Below, in pieces: positions 26,922-35,429 of a DNA stretch of 64,000 nucleotides; position 1 is the first letter of the stretch, and each line of letters starts with the position of its first letter. Made by a program: the position numbers and the translations under genes. The DNA is taken from the NCBI RefSeq assembly GCF_964213995.1, contig NC_135822.1, positions 53,072,001 through 53,136,000 on the forward strand. The letters run 5' to 3'. The stretch comes from Mustelus asterias. Its lineage: Eukaryota. The notes under the pieces were generated by a model. The model saw nothing but the letters and a program-made list of their open reading frames with translations, was not told where the DNA came from and searched no databases.

Positions 26922-26938
26922 CAGCGCCCTCTGTGGTG
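26922..26938 (-). promoter_or_regulatory. Candidate CTCF-binding site
   Basis: Minus strand CACCACAGAGGGCGCTG matches the CTCF core (YAGRKGGCRC); lies in apparently non-repetitive DNA. Confidence 0.4.
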
Positions 26939-27273
26939 CAGTGAAGAAATGTCAGTGTTGGAGAAGGGAAGAAGAAAAAATTACATTCCATAACAAGGCA
27001 AGAAATATAAGCAGGAGTTGGCCAATAGGCCCTTCCAGCCTGCCACGCCATCCAATACGAACAGGGCTGACCTATATTCCCCTATATTCCTCTTGCACCA
27101 TTAAGTGATTGACACCTACGAAATTATTCGCTGGAGAGCCAGAGAACTCGCTAAGTTTGCACTGAGCAATTGATGTTCAGAGGAAGGTTACGAAGTGCAC
27201 ACAGGGCACCCCAGCAGTGCTTTATATTACTCTTCACTTTTGACGATGACATTCGGCTGTTAGAACTTAATAA

Positions 27274-27580
27274 TGATGGTTAGCACTGCTGCCTCACAGC
27301 GTCAGATATCCGGGTTGATATCGGACTCAGCTGACGACCTGTGTGGAGTTTGTACTTTCTCCCCCTGTCTCCCGGTGCTCCGGTTTCCTTCCACATTCCA
27401 ATGATGTGTGGGTTAGGTTGACTGGCCATGATAAATTGTCCCTTGGTGCCACGGGGATTAGCAGGGTAAATACGTGGGGTTACGGGTTAAGGGCCTGGGT
27501 GCAGGCCCTTTGTTGTCGATGCAGGATCGATGGGCCTATTTGCCTCCGTCTGCACTGTATGGATTCCATTATTCTATGAT
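27274..27580 (+). mobile_element. HE1-like SINE, diverged
   Basis: TGGTTAGCACTGCTGCCTCACAGC, GTGCTCCGGTTTCC core, CR1-like tail ending ATTCTATGAT. Confidence 0.8.
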
Positions 27581-27919
27581 TTTATAATATTTCTTTCGAA
27601 AGGCAACCTGAATACCCTGAGAATAGTGACCTGAGAATAGATGGAGCATAAATGTCAGGTGTGTCCGAATAGGGGGTGGTTTATTATTAACTTAACCTAG
27701 TCTACTTATTATAGTAGAACTAAAATGAAGGGTCTCATGCTAAGAAGTGCCTTATATATAGAGTGAGAAGTCGCCATGTGCCTGGAACAAAATTTGCAAA
27801 GGTATTATAAACTGCAAAGGTATTATAACTGTACAACCACAAATTAACCAAGTATTCTAAGCTTACACTGTAATTTTAGTACATATGTATTGTACGCCTT
27901 GGCTAACTTCATTCTCAAT

Positions 27920-30582
27920 GCAGCAATGGTAAGGTGTTGGATTGGGGGAAGGCTAACTTTATTGGGATCAGGCAGAAATTGGCAGCTCTTGATTGGGAGA
28001 GGCTGTTTGAGGGTAAATCCACATCTGGTATGTGGCAGTCTTTTAAGGAACGGTTGTTAGGGCTACAGGACAAGCATGTGCCTGTAAAAAAGAAGGATAG
28101 GAAGGGTAGGATTAGAGAACCGTGGATAACCAGGGAAATTGAGGGACTGGTCAAAAGGAAAAGAGAGGCGTATGTTAGGTCCAAGCAGCTAAAAACGGAG
28201 GGAGCTCTGGAGGAGTACAATGAAAGTAGGAAAATACTCAAATGGGGAATTAGAAGAGCAAAAAGGGGTCACGAAATGTTCTTGGCAGACAGGATTAAGG
28301 AGAATCCCAAGGCATTTTATTCATACGTTAGGAACAAAAGGGTTGTTAGGGAAAAAATCGGACCTCTCAGGGACAAAAGTGGGGACTTATGCTTGGAGCC
28401 CAAAGAAGTAGGGGAGATGCTAAATGAATACTTTGCGTCGGTATTCACAAAGGAGAGGGATGTGTTGACTGGGAGTGTCTCGGAGGGGAGTGTTGAACCG
28501 TTGGAGAAAATCTCCATTACAAAGGAGGAAGTGTTAGGTTTGTTAGAGAATATAAAGACTGACAAATCCCCAGGGCCTGATGGAATCTATCCAAGGCTGC
28601 TCAGGGAGACGAGAGGTGAAATCGTTGGGCCTCTGACGCAAATCTTTGTCTCGTCACTGGACACAGGTGAGGTCCCAGAGGATTGGAGGATAGCCAATGT
28701 GGTCCCGTTATTTAAGAAGGGTAGGAAGGATAACCCGGGTAATTATAGGCCGGTGAGCTTGACGTCCGTGGTGGGGAAGTTGTTGGAGAAGATTCTTAGA
28801 GATAGGATGTATGCGCATTTAGAAAGGAATAAACTCATTAACGATAGTCAACATGGTTTTGTGAGAGGGAGGTCATGCCTCACTAACCTGGTGGTGTTTT
28901 TTGAAGAAGTGACCAAAATGGTTGACGAAGGAAGGGCCGTGGATGTTGTCTATATGGACTTCAGTAAAGCGTTTGACAAAGTCCCTCATGGTAGGCTAGT
29001 GAAAAAGGTTGGATCCCATGGGATAAAGGGGGAGGTGGCTAGATGGGTGGAGAACTGGCTTGGTCATAGAAGACAGAGGGTGGTAGTGGAAGGGTCTTTT
29101 TCCGGCTGGAGGCCTGTGACTAGTGGTGTACCGCAGGGCTCTGTATTGGGACCTCTGCTGTTTGTGATTTATATAAATGATCTGGAAGAAGGTGTAACTG
29201 GGGTGATCAGTAAGTTTGCGGACGACACAAAACTGGCAGGACTTGCAGATAGTAAGGAACATTGTCAGAGGCTACAGAAGGATATAGATAGGCTGGAAAT
29301 TTGGGCAAGGAAATGGCAGATGGAGTTCAATCCTGATGAATGCGAAGTGATGCATTTTGGTGGGAATAATGTAGGGAGGAGCTACACGATAACTGGAAGA
29401 ACCATAAAGGGTGTAGAGACGCAGAGGGACCTGGGTGTGCAAGTCCACAGATCTTTGAAGGTGACGTCACAGGTGGAGAAGGTGGTGAAGAAGGCATATG
29501 GCATGCTTGCCTTTATAGGACGGGGCATAGAGTATAAGAGTTGGGGTCTGATGTTGCAGATGTATAGAACGTTGGTTCGGCCGCATTTGGAATACTGCGT
29601 CCAGTTCTGGTCGCCACACTACCAGAAGGACGTGGAGGCTTTGGAGAGAGTACAGAGGAGGTTTACCAGGATGTTGCCTGGTATGGAGGGGCTTGGTTAA
29701 GAGGAGAGATTGGGGAAACTGGGGTTGTTCTCCTTGGAAAGACGGAGGATGAGGGGAGACTTAATAGAGGTGTATAAAATTATGAAAGGCATAGATAGGG
29801 TGAACGGTGGGAAGCTTTTCCCCGGGTCGGTGGTGACGTTCACGAGGGGTCATAGGTTCAAGGTGAAGGGGGGGAGGTTTAACACAGATATCAGAAGGAC
29901 ATATTTCACACAGAGGGTCGTGGGGGCCTGGAATGTGTTGCCGGGCAAGGTGGTGGAGGCGGACACACTGGGAACGTTTAAGACTTATCTAGACAGCTAT
30001 ATGAACGGAGTGGGAATGGAGGGATACAAAAGAGTGGTCTAGTTTGGACCAGGGAGCGGCGCGGGCTAATTGTTCCTTGTTTCTCGTTTCAAGGCTTCAT
30101 TCTATGATCATCTTGCTGGTGCCAGTACAGAGCGAGACTGCGGATAGTTGGGAACCTGTCTCGGGGGCAAGGAATTCATATGGTGTTCGTGGAAGTGGAA
30201 ATGACTAGGGTTGGGAAGCATTTTCCGATCGGGCCATTGTGATTTCCTGGACTCGTTTCGATCGCCTCAGGGGGTCGGAGAGGAATTTCCCAGATTTTCT
30301 TTCCCCATATTGGCCCTGGGGTTTTTCACTCTGGGTTTTTGCCTCTCCCTGGAGATCACATGGTCTGGAATGGGGGGGGTGGGGGTGAGTTAATAGGTTG
30401 TAATGAACAAAGCATCGTAGCTGTGAGGGACAGCTCGGTGGATAGGATATTGGTATGTAGATAGGCTGGAAAATTGGGCGGGGATCCTGGATTCAGGATT
30501 CAATCCTGGACCGGGGAGCGGCGCGGGCTTGGAGGGCCGAAGGGCCTGTTCCTGTGCTGTGTTGTTCTTTGTTAGTTTGTTC
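27920..30582 (+). mobile_element. 5'-truncated young CR1 with a long 3' UTR
   Basis: RT-bearing ORF2 from 27934 to 30042; 3' core at ~30530-30555 and TTGTTC tail. Confidence 0.92.
27934..30042 (+). pseudogene. CR1 ORF2 lacking the endonuclease, with one premature stop
   Basis: ORFs 27934-29700 and 29710-30042 share a frame, separated only by TAA at 29698-29700 where other copies have Tyr. All RT motifs present. Confidence 0.9.
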
Positions 30583-31879
30583 ATGATGGGAAACACAGTG
30601 GTAGACAGACAAATCTTTTGTTAATACAATGGAGGACAGAAAGGCAGCTTTTGTATCTGTTTTTGGATATACAAAAGACAAATTTAACATGCCTGCTATT
30701 TAAGGGAGTGAATTCGTTCACGGGTAGCGAGGCTGGAGCAGTCTCTCAAGCTGATAAAGGAGCCCAAGTTCCAGCGAAAGAGTGACTCCTTTCACCAATT
30801 AAAAATCACAGAGGCTAATAATGGCCTTGGTTACTGGTAATGACGTGGGTTAGGTTTCCTTGGTAAAGGGGAAGGAACCGACATGGGCAATAAGCTAATA
30901 AGCTCCTCTTCCTGTTGACAGGTGGAACGTTATTGGCTGAGGTAATAATGTTGAATATTGTGATTAGGCCCTCCAGTCTTATTGACGAGATTAGGCGGGA
31001 TATTGAAATGTTCAGAATAATATAATACTTTTATCAGGTAATATTAGGTCAGAGAGCACAGACAACCCTCAATGACTGTGTCTCGCTCCTGAGGCATGCA
31101 TTGGCAAATAAATTCCATTTCATTATTTAACTATATGCTGTCTTTTGCAGTCTATGTATTAGTTGAGTGAGGTTCAGCAAGTACAGAACACCCCAGGGGA
31201 TACCTGAGAAAATTCCTCTTACATGTCCACATGAGGATCCTCTGGAAAATCGGGAGTGTTGCATTACCACCTGGATCCATTTCGTAACGGCGTGTCTCAC
31301 TTAGACTGGAAGGAAGCCAATATGGCCCCCACTATTTAAAAAGGAGGCAAGACAGACCCGGATAAATATAAGCCGATTAGTTTGCTATCAGTAATCGTCA
31401 AGGTGCCTGAGAGACTTATTAAGAATGCAGTAGACGATTATCTGGCTAGCCGCGGGATATATTAACGACACCCAACATGGAAAGACTTGAGATTAAAGAC
31501 TTGATTCATATAAAGACTTGATTCATGTCCCATAAAATGTGCTGATATTTTGGAAAAGGTAAGCAACATTGTAGTGAGAGAAGACAAATATTATTGACTA
31601 AGCAAGATTCGAAAGGTTTTAGTCCTGGAACAGCATAATATGCATCGCACTATGAAGATACATATGAGATCATTGAATACATAATGACCTGGAATTAGGT
31701 GGGAAGTCTTTTGAGATGGATGTGGATTTTTCTGGAGTCAAGTGACCAGCATTGCCCCCGTCAATGATGCGGGTGTGAGTGGTTGCAGGTACTGTCAGTA
31801 AACCTGCAAATCAACGAATATCAGGTCTGTTATCGATGTTCTACCTTTCAGGGGGATCTGGCATGTACGGGCTGTCTGG

Positions 31880-32260
31880 GATCGGACGGACAGATGGCCG
31901 GGTGGATGGTTGAACGGACGGACGGATGGGTGGATGCANNNNNNNNNNNNNNNNNNNNNNNNNNNNNNNNNNNNNNNNNNNNNNNNNNNNNNNNNNNNNN
32001 NNNNNNNNNNNNNNNNNNNNNNNNNNNNNNNNNNNNNNNNNNNNNNNNNNNNNNNNNNNNNNNNNNNNNNNNNNNNNNNNNNNNNNNNNNNNNNTACATC
32101 GATAGATACATGGTAGATACATAGATGGATAGACAGACAGACAAACAGATAAACTGGTAGGTTGCTAAGTGGGTGTTAGGTAGGTGGTGGTTGGATAGGG
32201 ATGTAGTTAGGTAGGTAGGTAAGCAGAAAGCCAAACAGAAGAAAAAAGACATAGAAAGAT
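31880..32260. repeat. Degenerate tetranucleotide microsatellites (GGAT/AGAT/AGAC/AGGT) around an assembly gap (31939-32094)
   Basis: Direct reading. Confidence 0.85.
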
Positions 32261-32309
32261 ACACAAACAGGTAGTCAGGTCTCCCACAGTTATTTCCAGT
32301 TTCCTTGGG

Positions 32310-32348
32310 GTTTTTTGTTCAGTGCCTGCGTCTCTGTGAGTCGCTGTG
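32310..32348 (-). promoter_or_regulatory. 23-bp-spacer RSS of V segment 1
   Basis: Heptamer CACAGCG (32342-32348), 23-bp spacer, nonamer ACAAAAAAC (32310-32318). Confidence 0.93.
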
Positions 32349-33196
32349 TAAACTCCAGGCGCAGTAATACACGGCTGTGTGATTTGCCCACAGCCCGGAT
32401 GACTCCAGGTAAAAGTGAATATTGTCAGGTCTCCTGGCAGTGAATCCGTCTACCTCACCGGAGGGAGGATTAACCATTCCGCGGTAGTTGGAATAGAAAA
32501 GGTTCTGAGGCTCAGAATCAGGATACCATCGAAACCAGTAGAAGTAGTTGCTTGCAACTGATTCCGTGTAAAGGCATTCGATGCTGACTGGAGTGCCCAG
32601 GGAACTGGACATGGAAGCGGGAGTCTGTTGGATCAGTACTGCAGCAACATCTGTAAAATAGAGAGGGAGAAGAAAGTATAAACACAGGGATAGTTTGCAT
32701 GCGGACGCCGAGCATGCAGGGGAAAAGAAAGGAGGAGGGGTCCTGGCGGACAGAGAAACAGAGAGACAAAAGGAGACGGAGAAACAAGGAAAACGCTTGG
32801 GTGGCAAGAGGTCCGAAGAGGACAGATGCTGACATGGGAAGAGAGGAAACTGCGCAGGTAAGAAAAGACTGAAAAGAGAGAAGAGAAAGAGCGGGTGACT
32901 TCCAGACAGCCAGAGAAAGAATGAAGGGAGGTAATGGACAGTCAGGCAATGCCAGACAGCGGCAACGATAAACCGAAAAATAGATAGTAATAGAGAGGCA
33001 GACACAGTGATATTAAGACAGGAGGATCAAACGATGTTGATGAAGCAAGTCAGGGCTGATTCCCAAATGAGGATACCAAGGCAGTGAAAGTGGGGATTAC
33101 TGTCTCATTCAGTGTCCAGCTTTCAGTGTTGACGGGTAAAGTGTCTACTTTACCCGTCAACACGAGCAACACAATCCAAAGCAGGGATAGAGCCAT
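32349..33196 (-). CDS. TRBV: TCR V segment 1 (beta-like, TRBV30-type); leader exon 33154-33196, V exon 32349-32650
   Basis: Leader MALSLLWIVLLVLT with phase-1 GTAAAG donor; acceptor ttttacAG; open V exon VLIQQTP...SIEC...YWFRW...LFYS...FTARRPD...AVYYCAWS; 23-RSS. Confidence 0.9.
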
Positions 33197-33465
33197 CTCT
33201 GGAAGCTGATCTCGGGTTCCGTGTGTTTATTGAGTGGAACCGCTGAGCCTCTGTCTGACAGTACAATATCACAAGTGCTGGGGACTGAAGGGAATATTAT
33301 CTGCAATATTATATGGTCAGAACGAGGGCCCTTCTGCGAACTAGTTCATTGGCTCCCATCTTTGGTGAGGTAATCTTCGGGGCGGAGATGGAGAGCATCC
33401 GCCCCCACCCCTCGCCCCCAGTGTAATACGCAGCACTGCAGTGGCTGCTTGGATTCTGTGTAGCG

Positions 33466-33504
33466 GGTTTTTGTTGCACTCATCCTGTACATTGTGTCAC
33501 TGTG
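33466..33504 (-). promoter_or_regulatory. Consensus 23-bp-spacer RSS of V segment 2
   Basis: CACAGTG (33498-33504), 23 bp, ACAAAAACC (33466-33474). Confidence 0.97.
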
Positions 33505-33935
33505 GAGTCGCCAGGCACAGTAATACAGCCCAGAGTGGTTCGCTCGCAGATTGGACGTTTGCAGGTGGAAAGTAGAGTCGTCGCTCCTCGAGGCACTGAA
33601 GTCATCCACGTCCGTCCTCGGCTGGATTTGGCCAGTGTTGGGCGAGTAGAAGAGCAGCAAGAGCTCGCCATTTGCCAGCTGGCGGTACCAGGAAAACTCA
33701 GAGCCAAAGGAACCCATTGCGGAACAGAGGATTTCGAGGTTGGAATTCAGGGATTTGGAGATGACAGATGGACTTTGCTGAACTGTGCCACCGGCTACAC
33801 CTGCGAATAGGAGGAAGATAATGGGGTTAGGTTTCAGCGGGTCTTTAAATTCGGAGCCAAACTGCAACAAGCGATGACCGAAGGAGACTCACCGTGCAAC
33901 AGAAGGACAGACACAAAAAACTGAATTAAATACAT
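33505..33935 (-). CDS. TRBV: TCR V segment 2 (beta-like, TRBV30-type); leader exon 33893-33935, V exon 33505-33800
   Basis: Leader MYLIQFFVSVLLLH with GTGAGT donor; 92-bp phase-1 intron; V exon TVQQSP...ILC...WYRQ...LLLLFYSPNTGQI...FSASRS...LYYCAWR, resembling human TRBV30 (LQLLFYSVGIGQI...LSASRP...CAWS). Confidence 0.93.
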
Positions 33936-34729
33936 TTTGATTAATATCTTGCACAAAATAAACCAACCAGAATTTGAATTTCAAACATCTACACTCATGG
34001 GGACACTGAACCGTTTATACAACTGCCGTTCTGTTTGATTGACAACTACAGTCCGCTTACTCCAAGCCCTTCCCATTTATAGTCTAATTGCCGATCCCTC
34101 CCCCGCCATCATCATCACTCCCTTTCACTGAAGAGCCTCCTCCGTCGCGCCATTGTGTCAAATCTCCTCTGCACCCTCTCTGAGACCTTGACATTGGTCC
34201 ATAAATTATGGTGTCTGGAATTGGGCACAATACACCCACTCGGGCCGGGGAAGTGAACATTATTTGACATGTTGTTGAATCAAACTGTGAGAACGTCGTC
34301 GTTCATTTCGACTGTTCCACGATAGGGTGAATGAAGCAGCAAACTGGAGAAAAGTGCAAAGCATTGTGCAGGTCACGTGTAATCTGCCAGCTGCTGGTTT
34401 TGGCAACTGTCCCGAAGAAGAATCATATTGAGTTCAACACTTTAACTCTGTTCCTCTCTCTCTCACTCACTGCAGATGCTGCCAAATCTGCTGAGCTTCT
34501 TCCTGCAAACATACCAGGTTAAATGATAAATCCGAGTTAGTTGGTGAACAATGGATTAGACGTGAAGAACTGTGTTGTCCCACAGCGTCCAGCAGAGCTG
34601 CAGCGGTGCTTCGCAGCAAGATTGTACAACCGCATCGCTGTTCCAAGTGTAGCCAATTGGGAAAGACTTTTCTGCACATACATTGAAATAGATCCGCCTT
34701 CTGATAGGCTGCTCTTTCACATAGTTACA

Positions 34730-35294
34730 TGTAAGGGACTGAGGAAAATTTGTGGGGAAGACAGTTACCAGTGTTCTTTATCCCTGGTGGGCTTCAGTGT
34801 CCTGTTTGCAGGGTGGGTGCTGTGAACAGGATGCTGTTGGTTGAGTGATGTGGGCTGGGCCAATGGGATTGCACTGGGGGCGGGAGAAAAAATAAGGCGC
34901 CCGGAAGTGAAGAGGCAGAGAGCTGGAGAGGAAGAGAGCTGGAGGGAGAGGCAGAGCTGGAGAGGAAGAGAGCTGGAGAGAGAGGCAGAGCTGGAGAGGA
35001 AGAGTGCAGAGAGAGGGAGAGGCAGAGAGCTGGAGAGAGAGGCAGAGCTGGAGAGGTAGAGTGCAGAGAGAGAGAGCTTTTTCCAGGCAGAGAGAGAGAG
35101 AGGCAGAGCTCACGGTTTCATGTCTGTTAATGATATGTGTTATTAAATTTATTTTTGATATTCCGACTTACAGTACTGACATTTATGGGTAAACAGGGAA
35201 TTAGCCAAATCAACATCAACCGCTAGGAATTCGGGATCCTGTTGATTGAATATTTAAATAGTAGCCCCCATATAGTGGTCAGCAGGGGGTTACA
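34730..35294 (+). repeat. 5' LTR
   Basis: TGTAAGGGAC...GGGGGTTACA, nearly identical to 41451-42015; internal purine-rich AGAGCTGGAG repeats. Confidence 0.96.
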
Positions 35295-35298
35295 TTTT

Positions 35299-35316
35299 TG
35301 GAGGCACCGCTGAGAT
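35299..35316 (+). promoter_or_regulatory. Primer-binding site, probably tRNA-Thr(AGT)
   Basis: TGGAGGCACCGCTGAGAT is complementary at 17 of 18 positions to the recalled vertebrate tRNA-Thr(AGT) 3' end ATCCCAGCGGTGCCTCCA. Confidence 0.8.
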
Positions 35317-35429
35317 CATTCCTGTTTACCCATAAGGTCAAATATAATTTTTTTTCTGTCAGTCAGTAACAGTTGACCCAGTAATTACAACAGGAAAAGT
35401 TTTACAGTGTTGGCAGCTCACTTAAGACA

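Noticed and set aside
32651-33005. Hydrophobic N-terminal extension of ORF 32319-33005
   Set aside because: Read-through of the CT-rich leader intron; the true leader is 33154-33196.
32349-33935. NAR-TCR-like double-V cassette
   Set aside because: Both Vs have their own leader and RSS, there is no intervening D or J, and neither has IgNAR-V features.
34568-34587. D-segment-like arrangement, minus strand CGCTGTG-GGACAA-CACAGTT, containing a GGGACA core like TRBD
   Set aside because: No acceptable nonamer at 12 or 23 bp on either side, and it lies among V segments.
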